DNA of 64,000 nt from Octopus sinensis. Taxonomy: Eukaryota. Positions 36,589 to 51,209 of this stretch are shown here, piece after piece. Where the stretch lies: positions 135,842,001 through 135,906,000 of the forward strand of contig NC_043000.1 of NCBI RefSeq assembly GCF_006345805.1. The letters run 5' to 3'. The notes beneath the pieces are model-generated. The model did no database searches. It saw only the letters and a program-made list of their open reading frames with translations, and had not been told where the DNA came from. The position numbers were made by a program, and so were the translations under genes. Positions within the stretch are counted from its first letter, which is position 1. The number at the start of each line of letters is the position of its first letter.

Positions 36589-37080
36589 TTAGGTCGTCAA
36601 GTATGAAATTTGTAGAACAGAAAAAGTTTGCTAATGTTTTATAAATACAAGGAAAAGCTTTATTCATCAAAGTATGCACCCATATTGTCAATAAACTTTT
36701 GCCATTTCAGTGGTAGTTTGTCCAGCCCAGAACTGTAAAAGTCTGGCAATCTAGAGTCAATAAAATCTTGGAAGGTCTGTTTTACAGCATCGTCGGAATT
36801 AAATGTTTTTTCCTATCAAAAAGTTATCCAAATTCTTGAAGAAGGGGTAGTCAGTATATGTGAGTGGACATTCGCGCACCTACTATACCAATATCGACCT
36901 GTCAACTTACAACAGTTCCATACAGAAAAATTTTACTCTCACAATAAAAATTGCTTCATTCAGCATTAAATAACTCCTTGTTATGCCTATTAATAGCCAA
37001 ATCACCATTCCTAAGTACGAACTGTATTCCTCTAGATCTGTAGCTTTTATGATTAACATACCAATTGCTGTAAACAACGT
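36589..37080 (-). mobile_element. Mariner transposase 3' relic with TIR
   Basis: GKTFNSDDAVKQTFQDFIDSRLPDFYSSGLDKLPLKWQKFIDNMGAYFDE*. TA-TTAGGTCGTC end. Confidence 0.8.
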
Positions 37081-37265
37081 ACACATGAATACGAATAAAC
37101 GTACACAGTAGCCTCAATGTATGAAACGATATCCACCCACGAAAACCCTACTTACACACGCTAGAAAGACCTCCCAACATTTGCAAGTTACTTCCCCAAT
37201 ATATCTATCTGTTAGTCATCTTAGGATTCTCGAACCGGGATTAAACAGCATTGCATTATTAAGTA

Positions 37266-37565
<300 letters not shown>

Positions 37566-38109
37566 TACCTCTTTCTGTCTTTCTCCCTCCCTCCCTCCCT
37601 CCCCCTCTCCATACTAAATATATGTGTGTGTGCGCGAGAATGGGTGTGTGTGTGTACGTATGTTTGTTTCTGTGAGTGTGTGCATTTGTACCAGTTATTT
37701 TATATTAAAAAGAGACTAAGAAAGATGAACAATTCTACGTTTATGACAAGAAATAATAGCTCAAGTTAAGCACTAATGAAGTTATACCATCTTGTCAGAC
37801 AACATACCAGCAATTTATTGGCTTTCTTTTTGATTTCATGCATCTAGAAGTGACCAATTCTCGCTAAATATCTTTTATTGATAAATAATCTATTTCAATT
37901 AATGTTCCCGTCTGTTGATTTACCATCACAGGGTATCGCTAACATAATAACTGAAAAACGAAAATTTTGGACTGCTTGACTGCCTACACGTGAGCACGAA
38001 CGTGTGTGAATGTTTATTTGATATGATGGTAGTTGCTTTGCTTCCAAACGTTGATAAGTAGAATGATAAACTTTTTTTACGCCTGCATCCCCATCCTAAA
38101 TTATTGATT

Positions 38110-39170
38110 TCATCAAAAAATCCTCAAGGTTTTTTTTAAGCGAACATCAGACACAAGTTTTAAACACAAAGCGATTTATTGAATCAATGATATAATTAAT
38201 ATTTCATTGCAGTATATTCTGCCAATTTGTGCAGAGATGCATTATTTCCTGCTGAAAGAATTTTCTGTTTTTACATCCTCTTCAGAATTGAATGTCTGTC
38301 CATTCAATGAATTTTGAAGAAACCAAAATAGGTGGAAATCTGAAGGCGAAAAGTCAGGTGAATATAGAGGGTGTGGCAAATCTTCCCACCCAGGCTCAAT
38401 AACCTCTGTTGCGTTTGCTAAGAAGTGTGCAGTCTTGTATTTTCATGTTGAGAAACAATGCTCTTACGAATAGCAAGTGCTGGATGCTTGTGGTGGATCG
38501 CTATGTTTAATTTGATCAGATGGCCACAGTGTACATCTGAATTCATGATCCTGCCCGTGGAAAAGATCTCTAAAAGACAACACCTTTTAAATCCCACCAA
38601 ATTGAAAACATAACCTTCTTCGACTAAAATCCTGCTGTGAAGATTGTTTGTAGTGGTTTGTTGAGCTTCTCCTATGATCGTTTGGGCTCAACACTGTTAT
38701 AAACGATCCATTTTTCGTCCTCTGTCACCATTCTCTTAACCTTTCTGCAACGAATCGCAGATGAATATCCGTTGGGTGAGATTAGCCTCATTCAATTAAT
38801 GTGGGACCTAAACATCGTGCCTGCTGGCGTAAGTAAGTTGATGCAGATGGTTTTCAATACTCTATTTGGATATTGGATGTTTGGGGAATATAAGTGACCA
38901 TCCTAGTCATATAACGAGGATTAGTGACGTTGTTGATCTCAGTTAGCCGGCCTCTGCAAGGACCACAACATTTCGCTATCGAAATCATGAAAATCACTTC
39001 TGGCACACATGTTCCGTACAAGCATCCTCTCCATACACGGTGCCTACCTTCATGTAGATTTTCACCGTTTTCTTGACTTCTTTTTTAATAAAAAGGTATT
39101 AGGTGTTGATCATGCCCATTTTGGCTCTCCATTTTCTGGGTGATATTGAGGGGAAATGTAAAAATATATT
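38110..39170 (-). mobile_element. Degenerate near-full-length mariner element
   Basis: Minus-strand motifs VPH.LNE.NL, VTEDEKWIVYN, IWWD, QHENTRLH (HDNARPH-like) and PSDFHLF. Many stops. Boundaries are approximate. Confidence 0.8.
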
Positions 39171-40711
39171 TATAATATTTCTGTGTTTTTAGATGGATGT
39201 TTTAGCTTTTGATCTCGTAGATTTTCTTTCCAGAATGTATTTTTGATTTACAATTATTTTTCGTAATGTGGAATTTTGAATACATTGATACAACAATTCG
39301 AGATTGATAGTTGTAGTTTTTTGCTGGTGAGTTTGATACGGTTGGCGTCCATCTTGAACAACAACTGCCAGTCAAAGACTACAGCCAAAAATATTTTTAA
39401 AATGGATGACACTTTGCAAAGGAAGGATTGAGAAAAGTGGTTAATGTGGGGTCTGGTGGGGGTACACAGTATGGGTAACAAGGGAAAGTAAAATGTTATA
39501 CGTAACGCTGTCTGTTTAATCAAAGTAGCAGAGAACATTGTAGCAGTGTTAGAAAAATGAGAGTGAAGAGATAGACAGCGTATTAATGGATTAGAAGTTG
39601 AATTTTATTGAGGAAAATCTTCATGTCAGTCATACTTCTTAACTAAAAAGCTATACCAGTATAAACTTGAACATTGTTATATACTGAAATATTATTCATC
39701 ACTTTTGAATAATGTCAATGCCAGTCGTTTAAGAAAGTACAATTGATTGAATATATCTACCATATATTTACTTTATCGACTCTGGTGTATTGTAACTCAA
39801 CATAACAAATAGTTTGGCATTCATAACTCTTCTTGATCGAGCAGACCTGATGTTAGTGATTTTCTTAGGCATTGGTGATGTGAGAGGTAAACGATTTCGA
39901 TGGAGACTTGAAACCGCATTGTTGTTCTGATTTCCCAAGATATCTTTTATTCTACAAACTTGCTTTCATACCAGATTATTATGAACATTTCCATCATTTT
40001 GCTTTGGTTATATTTTATTTTTTCTTTAATTAGAAATTAAACAGAGATAATACAAATATGAAGAATTCAGTGTAAATTTGTGTGAAAAATTTATATAAAA
40101 TCTTATGACCTGAACAACAAATTTAAAATAAACGATTCAAAGATGGCGGATATTATAGAATTCAAAACTAGTTATGATTAAAAATTTAAAGCCATTATTT
40201 CAAGACGTCCAATCGATAAGAAAAGACGGAGGAACGTACTGCATGGGCGCTTTGTCTCTTTCAGAGGTTTAAGGAAAACAAATTACGATGAAACCGTAGG
40301 CTTTTCTAAGCCAGCATGACACGAGGTGAGAATTGTTTGGCGGTCTACTCGTTTATTATTATTACTGATATGTCAAGTTTGATTTCGTGTAAGCACTGTT
40401 AAGAATATAGTTCTCAAAGTGCATAAGCAAAATTCTCTATTATAATTCTAACACTTCATTGGTTCTTAATAACATTTTACCTCTAACGATATTCTCTGTA
40501 GGTGGTGCTTGAACTATGATACATTGAGCCATTTTTCTTCAGCAAAATACAATTGTTTCTCAGTGGGATAACAGTTGTGTTTGTATAAACTATCATTTCT
40601 TTTTCTTAGATAATGAAATATGGCAAGAACGAATAAAAGAAGACCTTGTTATAAACTGAAAGGTCACCTTCGTTTAAATGCAACTATTTACTAACATTAG
40701 AGATACAAGCA

Positions 40712-40818
40712 TTAAATGAAATCAAGCGGCACAGATAGCGGAGATAAACAAAATCTTGTCAAGGAAGTAATAACAGAAGTTACATTAACAGCAGTACAAT
40801 CGTCGGCGTTAAGTTCGC
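40712..40818 (-). pseudogene. Candidate exon C of a decayed C-type-lectin-like gene
   Basis: Acceptor ACCGCAG at 40819. In phase with exon B it gives FM-CELNADDC. The intron is 79 nt and microsatellite-filled. Confidence 0.25.
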
Positions 40819-40897
40819 CTGCGGTAACAATGATGCTATATAATAAGTCACACACACACACAGGCACAAACATACATACACACTCGCAAGCACTTAC

Positions 40898-41026
40898 ACA
40901 TGAAGCATCTGTAGCTGCCCCAAAGGGTGAAAGCGAAATAGTCAAATCGATATATTTGCGAGCAGCTCATTTCATAATCATAGTCTGTTTCAACGAACAT
41001 TGCCTTGTAACTATAAAGTTAACCAC
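40898..41026 (-). pseudogene. Candidate exon B of a decayed C-type-lectin-like gene
   Basis: Strong acceptor TTTGTCTTTGCAG and consensus donor GTAAGT. Frame LYSYKAMFVETDYDYEMSCSQIYRFDYFAFTLWGSYRC has CTLD-like C...W-x4-C spacing. All three frames contain a stop. Confidence 0.3.
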
Positions 41027-42185
41027 CTGCAAAGACAAAGAAATATCATCGACACACGAAAACAATAACATTTTAATGTGCTTGTAGCCCCTCCCTTACA
41101 AACTACACATCTATTGACAATTGATTTGGATTGCATAAGTTCAGACTATAAACTGGATAGCAAATTATAATTTTGTTAAATCAATTTCTGATCCAATCTC
41201 CCATTACCACTTTTACGAACTCCATGAAAACCAAGGGAAAGAGGTATACGTCTCGCTCGGTCTAGAAATAACAGCCAAATCTGTCTAAAATCATTTCTCC
41301 CTATCTTAAAATATGTAGGAAATATGTATATAGTCTTGGGATATATCTGTGTCTACAAAAGTATTATTATACTTGTGTTGACGAAGACAGAATGGTCATG
41401 GCTGGAACCCCTTTAATCATAGGTTCGTTGAATCAGAATTGGCCAGGGGCTATATATAGCAAAAGCATTGGCTATGCAGCAACAATAATAATAATAATAG
41501 CAACTTAAGAAGAAGGAAACTTGCACTTACAACACTAATGCTTTTAATTTTATGGACGGCACGAATGTTACAGCTCTCTCCTGTCACTTAATCGTTATCA
41601 ATACAGCTGATAATAATTTACAGAATCCTCTCTTTATGACATGCTAACTTACTGATGACTCAGGAAACAAAATTTTGCAACATTTTAATTTTTCATATTC
41701 CAAATCCAATTTCTGTTTTAACATAGTTTTAGAAATTCAGACATTTGCATGGCTTCTAGTAGCATTAAATTCAAATTACACATTTTCGTTTTGTAACATT
41801 TATTCTTAACAATAAAAGCAAATTAGCGAGTTGTGTCTCTGGTTGGTACATTTAACACCAGTAGTTAATTCCTAGTTATATATTCACCATCAGAAATGTT
41901 TTTAAAAAATAGAGAGAAAAAAGATTAAACTGATTCGTGGGAAATTAAAAATCAAAGAAGAGTTACAGATGAATTGTATTAATCATTTAGAGTATCCCTG
42001 TAATACGTTCGCGTCTTGTTTGCCTCCCCCTATCATAATATCAAGAGCGGCAGATAGGTAGAATCTTTTGAGCGTCGTCGGAAAAATGCTTCGTGTTTTG
42101 TGTTTCAATCGTTAATGCTCTGAGTTCAGATCCTTCGAAGTTTAACTTTGCCTTTCATCTTTTTGGGGTCGATAAAATAAAGTAT

Positions 42186-42600
42186 TAGGCGCAGGAGTGG
42201 CTGTGTGGTAAGTAGCTTGCTAACCGACTACATGGTTCCGGGTTCAGTCCCACTGCGTGGCACCTTGGGCAAGTGTCTTCTACAATAGCCTCGGGCCGAC
42301 CAAAGCTTGTGAGTGGATTTCGTAGACGGAAACTGAAAGAAGCCCGTCGTATATATGTATATATATATGCGTGTGTGTGTTTATGTGTCTGTGTTTGTCC
42401 CCCTAGCATTGCTTGACAACCGATGCTGGTGTGTTTATGTCCCCGTTACTTAGCGGTTCGGCAAAAGAGACCAATAGAATAAGTACTGGACTTACAAAAG
42501 AATAAGTCCCGGGGTTGAGTTGCTCGATTAAAGGCGGTGCTCCAGCATGGCCGCAGTCAAATGACTGAAACAAGTAAAAGAGTAAAAGAGTAAAAAAGAG
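42186..42600 (+). mobile_element. SINE family A nested inside an older family C SINE
   Basis: The family C core GGGGTCGATAAAATAA ends at about 42181 and resumes as TCAAGTACTAAGGTCGAT at about 42619. Confidence 0.88.
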
Positions 42601-43288
42601 AGTTAAAGAGAGAGAGAGTCAAGTACTAAGGTCGATAATAACAACTCACTCACTCAGTCACTTCCATCAGCATTACTGACTTTGTGGTTAAAGCGAAATG
42701 AGTTATATACTGAGGTTGATGTAATTTCAGATCTAATGCTCTTAGAAGAAAGAATTATTATTCCACATCAGGAGTATTAGATAGTTTGAATCATTAGAAC
42801 TTCGGAAAAAATGTTTCGTGCTTAGTGCTCCTACTCAACATTCTGAGTTCAAATTCTGCGAAATTCCGCTTTGCTTTTCATCCTTTCGGGACCGATAAAA
42901 TAATGTAGTAGTCAAGTACTAGGGTCAATAGAAACGACTTACTCCCGACAAAATTAGTGGCTTTATGCCAGGTTCAGAAACAATTATTTTTCCATATCTG
43001 GGGCGGTGAACTGGCAAGAATCTTTGGAGCGCTGGACAAAATGCCTTGCAGTATTTCTTCCTTTCTTTTTCCTTGAATTAAAAAACCCACCGAGGTCAGC
43101 GTTTTTCCTTCAGAATTTATAAAACAAAGCACCAGTTTAGGGTTAGGATCGACATAATCGACTAAACTTTCCCACGACTATTACTGGTCTTTTCTCTAAA
43201 TCAAAAGCAAATATTTTCTGTAAGAACCTCAATGGATTGGCAGAAGGAAAATGTCATGAGGTATTTGTTAGTGCTCGTTACAATCTGA

Positions 43289-43625
43289 AGGTGCATGGCT
43301 CAGTGGTTAGAGCGTCGGGCTCACAATCATGAGATAGTGATTTCGATTTCCGGACCGGGTTGTGTGTTATGTTCTTGAGTAAGACACTTTATTTCACGTT
43401 GTTCTTGTTCACTCAGCTGTAGAAATGAGATCCGACGTCGCTGGTGCCAAGCTGTACCAGCCTTTGCCATTCCCTTAGATAACATCGGTTGCGTGGACAA
43501 GGGACGCTGGTATGCATGGGCGACTGCTGGTATTCTATAAACAACCTTACCCAGGCTTGTACCCCGGAGGGGAACTTTCTGGATGAAATTCCATGGTCAT
43601 TCAGGACCGAAGGGGGTCTTTACTC
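43289..43625 (+). mobile_element. tRNA-derived SINE, family D
   Basis: A-box TGGCTCAGTGG, B-box-like TTTCGATTTCC, central GTTCTTGAGTAAGACACTTTATTTCACG shared with 51858. Confidence 0.8.
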
Positions 43626-45002
43626 TTACAATCTGAGTTCAAATACTGCCGATGTAACTTTGTCTTTCGTTCTTTCGGGGCCGATAAGATACCACTGAAA
43701 TATCGAGTTCGATCTAATCGACGAAACCATCCTCTAAAATTGTTGGCTCGGGCCTAATTAGAAACAATTATTTTCTGTAATCACATTTCTTCTTTCCTGT
43801 TTTCGTCTTCTTAGAAAACTAAAATAGTAGTGGTAGCTTCTGAAACTATTTTAACATATCCGTCTTTTAAAATCAGGATTCATCGGATTTTTTTTACCCA
43901 AGAAAACTGTTTTGTTACACATACATATATACATACATACATACATTCATACATACATACATACATACATACATACATACATACATACATACGTACGTGC
44001 TCACACACACACACACATTGTTCAATAGATAGATAGACAAATAGATATTTCAAACCAAAGCCAGAACTTTAGTGATCCTAAATTACTATAAATTGAAACC
44101 TTTCATCTTTTGAAATTTTTTTACTTATCTTTTGATGTATTACTGTTCAACCTCCTCATTTTCCTAAACAAGATTGACATTTCTTCAACAATAAGGAAAA
44201 AATATCAAAGATTATTTTCTACAGAATATGCCATAATAATAATTGCTTGTGAAAGAAAACTAAATTACCTCTGAGATGTTTAAAAGTCTTGGTATTTGAA
44301 TATTCTGTACAGTTTTTTTAAGCCATAAAATTATAGACATTTTCAGATGCCGAAGATTTTTTTCAATGTTCATATCGGTTTTGTTGTAAATAAGATGCTA
44401 GTTTAGTAATTGTTGTTCTGCAACTTCAGGCTATTCCCAGTTGCATAGATCTTTGAACAAAGGCCTTTCCAGCCATGACTACTCTGTCTTTTTTTTTCAG
44501 AAATAGCGTATCTATGCTTTCAAGTTTTTTGAGTGTCGGTTGACGAAGACTAAGTTGATACTTCTCTCTGGTTTAGCGACCGAAAACGGCTCTTTCGCTG
44601 CTATATGAATGAATAGATTCTTTAATAGTTGGGTGGCAGTAACTGGTTGCTTTTGTAATGTTTTCTTACATTGCCATATATGTATGTTAGTGGGGAATAT
44701 TATAGGGTGTATCTAAGGCGGCGAGAATCGTTACCATACCGGAGAAAATATTTAGCGTTATTTCGTCCGTTTTTACATTCTGAGTTCAAATTACACTGGG
44801 GTCAGCTTTGCCTTTCATCCTTTCGATGTCCATAAAATAAGTGTGAAGCACTGGGGTTGATGTAATTGACAATCCCCCCTTCCCACTAAATTTTAAGCCT
44901 TGAGCAAAATATCATCGGGTATGTCGTTCCAACGGATAGTTCTGAAAAGAAACAAAATGTTTGCCAAAAATGCTTAGTTGTTCACAGAAATATATCTTGT
45001 AA

Positions 45003-45385
45003 GGAGGCGCAATGGCCCAGTGGTTAGGGCAGCGGACTCGCGGTCATAGGATCGCGGTTTCGATTCCCAGACCGGGCGTTGTGAGTGTTTATTGAGCGAA
45101 AACACCTAAAGCTCCACGAGGCTCGGGCAGGGATGGTGGTGATCCCTACTGTACTCTTTCACCACAACTTTCTCTCACTCTTACTTCCTGTTTCTGTTGT
45201 ACCTGTATTTCAAAGGGCCGGCCTTGTCACTCTCTGTGTCACGCTGAATATCCACGAGAACTACGTTAAGTGTACACGTGTCTGTGGAGTGCTCAGCCAC
45301 TTACACGTTAATTTCACGAGCAGGCTGTTCCATTGATCGGATCAACCGGAACCCTCGTCGTCGTAACCGACGGAGTGCTTCCACC
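45003..45385 (+). mobile_element. SINE family B, full length
   Basis: 11-bp TSD ATATCTTGTAA at 44992-45002 and 45386-45396. Confidence 0.92.
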
Positions 45386-46309
45386 ATATCTTGTAAATAA
45401 ATATAGAGTAAAGAAAACTTTAAAAATAAAGTAATCGGAGTTTTCTTATGGTAACACTACAATATCACACAATGCAAGATTAGTACAATGTTGCTGTTAG
45501 CATTGGCTATAAGTAACTGGATTGAAATGGAAATCTGCTCTGTCTGAAGCTTTCCTCTTTTGAGTTACTACTGCAGGAAGGTATTTCTAGGAGATTGACA
45601 CTCTTGGGAGGAAGTGTTAGCTTTAAATCCAATACTAAATGAAAGAAGACAGCAGTATGGCGGTGAAAAGAAAGGGAGGTTATTGTGTCGAGTGGTATTG
45701 CACGTTGTTGGTACGCCATCACTTAGCTTTAATTCATGAATACACTTTAATCTCTTGTGCACTGATACACTGGGTTATCAAAATGTCTGAGCCGTCATTA
45801 ATTCAATAATTCCTGAATTTCGGAATTATAAAATTGGGCCCTGCCTGCATTTCAGCTTATTACTCATCTTCCTTTTTTTGTGTGTTTCAGCTTCAAAATT
45901 TCACATGTACCAAACCTTTAATAATAAAACTGTAAAACTCTGGAACCCACATTTTCTAGCTATGAGATTTCAAGCCAAGCATCAGCTATATAGACTTAAC
46001 CATTGTGAATGGGCCCTTCCCCTTCTGTCGTATCTAAAAACATTTAGAAAGAAAATATAATCGTATACAATGTTATGAATATGTAAGTTTTAAAATGTAC
46101 ATGGATAGGCACAAATATAAACACACAAGTTTATATAACCTCAACATACATACACACATAAAACTCGACAGATTTAAAATTATGTTTTCCATAATTTGTT
46201 AGCAGTAAGTCTATGGCGAGATGTTGGAAGAAATATTTAAATCTAGTTGGTGGTTATTATGTCCAATCTACGATAATATGACGTCCAAACAGAGAAAAAT
46301 AATGTTTAC

Positions 46310-46517
46310 CATTTCCTTAGTTCCTTGTCTATGGCACTGACGGCAATATTGCTGAACGAAAAGGAATTAACCATAATTTTTCTTTTGCATTGTCTAGCAA
46401 AGTCTGGCAGATTTCCATCATGGGAACTGAATTTGGCTTCCAACCATGTTTCTCTGCCTCCGACCGAAATGAATATGGTAACCACGTGTGAGCCTCATCA
46501 TTAAATGACTATGATGC
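46310..46517 (-). pseudogene. Candidate exon A of a decayed C-type-lectin-like gene
   Basis: Acceptor CCCTCAAG at 46518, donor GTAAAC at 46309. Reads RETWLEAKFSSHDGNLPDF...NIAVSAIDKELRKW (TW.EA, G.L and IG..D-like elements). Frameshift near the start and the first Cys is missing. Confidence 0.3.
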
Positions 46518-46894
46518 CTTGAGGGATACGATAAGTAGACAAAAAGACAGATAGCTAGATAAATATATGGATGGATATGATGGACAGAACATAAATAGAT
46601 AGAATAAGAATGATATTAAAAAGAACGAGAATAATACAGAAAGAGTCATTGGACGAGAGAGTGAGTGAGAAAAAGAGTGTTAAAGGGTAAAGGAAAAGAG
46701 GATCGAAAATAAGAATACGAAAAATGAGAGATCCAAGACATGTATATGTATACACACATACGTACGCATGTACGCATACACACACACGCACACACACACA
46801 CAAACACACACACACACACACACACTCACACACACACCGCATATGAAGGAAAATAAAAAGGTTGAAATAGTAAAACCTAAAAGGAGAGCATATT

Positions 46895-46952
<58 letters not shown>

Positions 46953-47086
46953 CATACATACCTATATATATTCATATACATATATACATGCATATATATA
47001 TTCATATGTGTGTGTGTGTGTGTGCATATATATGTGTATATATACACACATATGTGCACACACACATATATATATATATATATAAT

Positions 47087-47164
<78 letters not shown>

Positions 47165-47654
47165 GAGAGAGAGAGAGACAGACAGACTAAGAGCGAGAGA
47201 AAGAGAGAAGAAACAGAGAGGGAGAGAGTGAGAGGGAGAGGGAGAGAGTCATAGGCAAGAATACTAGATAAGAATGGAAATGAAGTGGCAAATATTTTTG
47301 AAATTGAAAGCGAGTCAAAGAAAGCAAAAGGTAGGATGAGAGATAAAATGTGATAGAAAGGTATCAAAAGAAAGTATGATATAAAAGTGAGATAAAGACA
47401 GAGAGAAACTAAATTCATGTTTGTTTCGTATCCAACCAGCCTTAGTTCGAATCATACTCTTCCAATATTAACAAAGTTATTTTACAGTACTCGGTGAATT
47501 AGTCTTTTTATATTTATCGTGTTTCTGAATGGTTTCACTCGTTTATCAGTTCAAATCATTGTATGTTCTTTACGAGTAAGGTTGCTAATTTTCTAAATTT
47601 CCTGCAAATAATCTACTGTATTCCAGGTTCGAAAAGAATATCTACAGTTACGCC

Positions 47655-48037
47655 TGGATTGTGTGGTAAGTAGCTTGTTTACCAACCACATGGTTCCGGG
47701 TTCAGTCCCACTGCGTGGCACCTTGGGCAAGTGTCTTCTACTATAGCCTCGGGCCGACCAAAGCCTTGTGAGTGGATTTGGTAGACGGAAACTGAAAGAA
47801 GCCCGTCGTATATATGTATATATATATGCGTGTTTGTGTTTGTCCCCCTAGCATTGCTTGACAACCGATGCTGGTGTGTTTATGTTCCCGTTACTTAGCG
47901 GTTCGGCAAAAGAGACCGATAGAATAAGTACTGGGCTTACAAAAGAATAAGTCCCGGGGTCGAGTTGCTCGACTAAAGGCGGTGCTCCAGCATGGCCGCA
48001 GTCAAATGACTGAAACAAGTAAAAGAGTAAAAGAGTA
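47655..48037 (+). mobile_element. SINE family A
   Basis: Same body as 35766, with an (AAAGAGT)n tail. Confidence 0.9.
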
Positions 48038-48087
48038 AATAACGACAAGGGAAAAGAGAGAACATTTCTGAATAGAAGTGTATATTC

Positions 48088-49086
48088 TTATTTCTCTACT
48101 GTCCACAAGGGGCTACACACAGAGGGGACAAATTAGGACAGACAAACGGATTAAGTCAATTATATCGACCCCAGTGCGTAACTGGTACTTAATTTATCGA
48201 CCCCAGTGCGTAACTGGTACTTAATTTATCGACTCCGAAAGGATGAAAGGCAAAGTCGACATCGGCGGAATTTGAACTCAGAACGTAGCGGCAGACGAAA
48301 TACCTATTTCTTTACTACCCACAAGGGGCTAAACACAGGGGGGATAAACAAGGACAAACAAACGGATTAAGTCGATTACATCGACCCCAGTGGGTAACTG
48401 GTACTTAATTTATCGATACCGAATGGATGAAAGGCAAAGTCGACCTCGGTGGAATAAGAACTCTGAACGTAGCGGCAGACAAAATACCTATTTCTTTACT
48501 ACCCACAAGGGGCTAAACTCAGAGGGGACAAACAAGGACAAACAAACGGATTAAGGATTACATCGACCCGAGTGGGTAACTGGTACTTAATTTATCGACC
48601 CCGAAAGGATGAAAGGCAAAGTCGACATCGGCGGAATTTGAACTCAGAACATAGCGGCAGACGAAATACCTATTTCTTTACTACCCACAAGGGGCTAAAC
48701 ACAGAGGGGACAAACAAGGACAAACAAACGGATTAAGTCGATTACATGGACCCCTGTGGGTAACTGGTACTTAATTTATCGACCCCGAAAGGATGAAAGG
48801 CAAAGTCGACCTCGGCGGAATTTGAACTCAGAACGTAGCGGCAGACGAAATACCTATTTCTTTACTACCCACAAGGGGCTAAACACAGAGGGGACAAACA
48901 AGGACAGACAAACGGATTAAGTCGATTACATCGATCCCAGTGGGTAACTGGTACTTAATTTATCGACCCCGAAAGGATGAAAGGCAAAGTCGACCTCGGC
49001 GGAATTTGAACTCAGAACGTAGCGGCAGACGAAATACGGCTATGCATTTCGCTCGGCGTGCTAACGTTTCTGCCAGTTCGCTGCAT
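48088..49086 (-). repeat. Multimeric SINE family C: one head plus about five tandem bodies of about 184 bp
   Basis: GCAGACGAAATACC recurs at about 48291, 48475, 48656, 48841 and 49025. Only the last is followed by the head. Confidence 0.9.
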
Positions 49087-49977
49087 TTGAAATATAAATT
49101 CTAGCCAAACGGAAGTAATAGGTTAGAAATCACACCCAACTATGTAGTTAAAACAGTTGTTTAGCTTGTATGTTTGGGAGAAAGAGAGAGAGAGCGAGAG
49201 AGAGAGAGAGAGCGAGAGAGAGAGTGAGACGTCAATGAATGGACGAGGTGTTAAAATGAAACTTTCGATTCTCACACACTCAGAGAAAATGACATATAAT
49301 GAAAAATGAAATATAAAATAAAAATAAAATACAGAGGTTGTGAAGTTGAAGAGACTGAAGTCAAACAAGAAATAATATTTCTGAATAAAATGAAAAAAAA
49401 GCCCCAGTTTTATAGATGATTTAAAACACAAAACCTATCTCTAATTGCCCGTTATATTAATATATATATTAATTTTATTGCAATAAGAATAAAACAATAA
49501 AATATTAAGGTTTTAAAAGAATAAACAAACGTGAAGTTAATTCAACATATTTGTTCAAGTTTTCCGCTTTTCAAATACATTGTAAGAGGAATCTTTATGC
49601 TAAACCACACTAATAGCTATTATAATAACAATAAAGTTAAATAACATTGTCATTATCTTGAAATTATCTTTTCATTGATTCAAGAATAAAACAAAGTATA
49701 TTCTGTCTGAATATATTTGCTACAGAAGCTAAATGTTTTGACATCCCTTATACAAAGGCTTTCTTTACAATAAACAAAATGTGTTGACTTCTATTAGAAA
49801 TATATTGTTTACTCCAGCAACATGATATTCGCTTTTGTCACTATTTGAAATATCAACATTTAGCAGTACGATATTTATCAAATTGACAGTGTTTCTTTTC
49901 TTTTACATTCTGTGCTCAAATCCTGTATTATCTTGGACTTAGTTTATCCTGGCCTTAATGTTAGCCAGTAATATAAG

Positions 49978-50175
49978 GCGTATCGTTGGCGATCTTTTTT
50001 CCTCCATCTTCCCTTCCTTGGATCTTTCCTGTTCCTCTGTTTCTAACGAAGAGCTCTGCTCGAAACGTTAAATCCCCCTTCTTTCTTTCCTTTCCTGAGC
50101 GTCCAATAACACTATTCTTGTTCCACGTCCTCGCGTTGTGCTTTCTCTTTGTGTTTTCATGTTTGGATTAACTTT
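49978..50175 (+). mobile_element. Penelope-like repeat, copy of 19370-19565
   Basis: High identity to 19370-19565. The hammerhead core is mutated to CTAACGA. Confidence 0.65.
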
Positions 50176-50442
50176 ACACAAGGGGACTAGTGGAATGAAA
50201 GCAACTCTTTTATTTTGTTATTGTATGCATTTGTAAACAACAGTATCAACTGAATGGTTGCCTTTAAAGTTATGAGGAGCCAGTTTCGGATGAATATAAA
50301 TTGCTGGTTCATCTTGAACTAAACTTTCGACTTTTATACTGAAGCTGAAAAACATACATACTTACTTCGCTCTACATTTATGAAAACAATATTAATACTT
50401 AATACATATATTTTAACATGCATATCATACTTATAGATGAGT

Positions 50443-50813
50443 GGAGGCGCAATGGCCCAGTGGTTAGGGCAGCGGACTCGCGGTCATAGGATCGCGGTTT
50501 CGATTCCCAGACCGGGCGTTGTGAGTGTTTATTGAGCGAAAACACCTAAAAGCTCCACGAGGCTCCGGCAGGGGATGGTGGTGATTCCTGCTGTACTCTT
50601 TCACCACAACATTCTCTCACTCTTACTTCCTGTTTCTGTTGTACCTGTATTTCAAGCGGCCGGCCTTGTCACTCTCTGTGTCACGCTGAATATCCCCGAG
50701 AACTACGTTAAGGGTGCACGTGTCTGTGGAGTGCTCAGCCACTTACACGTTAATTTCACGAGCAGGCTGTTCCGTTGATTCGGATCAACCGTAACCGACG
50801 GAGTGCTTCCATC
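50443..50813 (+). mobile_element. SINE family B, full length
   Basis: 11-bp TSD ACTTATAGATG at 50429-50439 and 50814-50824. Confidence 0.92.
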
Positions 50814-51127
50814 ACTTATAGATGGCGAATAAAATTAAAATTTCTGTAAAATAATTAACGTACTCGAAGACTTATCAAAGCGAAATGATCCAAATATGAT
50901 CTGATTGCTAATTATTTATAGATATATTTTAACATGTGTCTTCAATCAAATGAAATTTCGTCCTCTCTAATGATTATTGATAAAAATGAAACCATTTAGA
51001 TTAAAATGTTTTGTCTGACGGAAAAAATGCTAAAACAGGCATCAGACACGTTTCACCAAACCGAATTAAATTACCTACATTTTATTACTAGTAGCGGGTA
51101 CTTTTCTCCGGTTTGTTATTACTAACA

Positions 51128-51209
<82 letters not shown>

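Noticed and set aside
40138-40150. YY1-like AAGATGGCGG as a gene start
   Set aside because: Isolated motif in AT-rich sequence, with no ORF or exon behind it.
45590-45740. Protein-like plus-strand peptide SWEEVLALNPILNERRQQYGGEKKG
   Set aside because: About 47 codons bounded by stops, with no splice signals or family resemblance.
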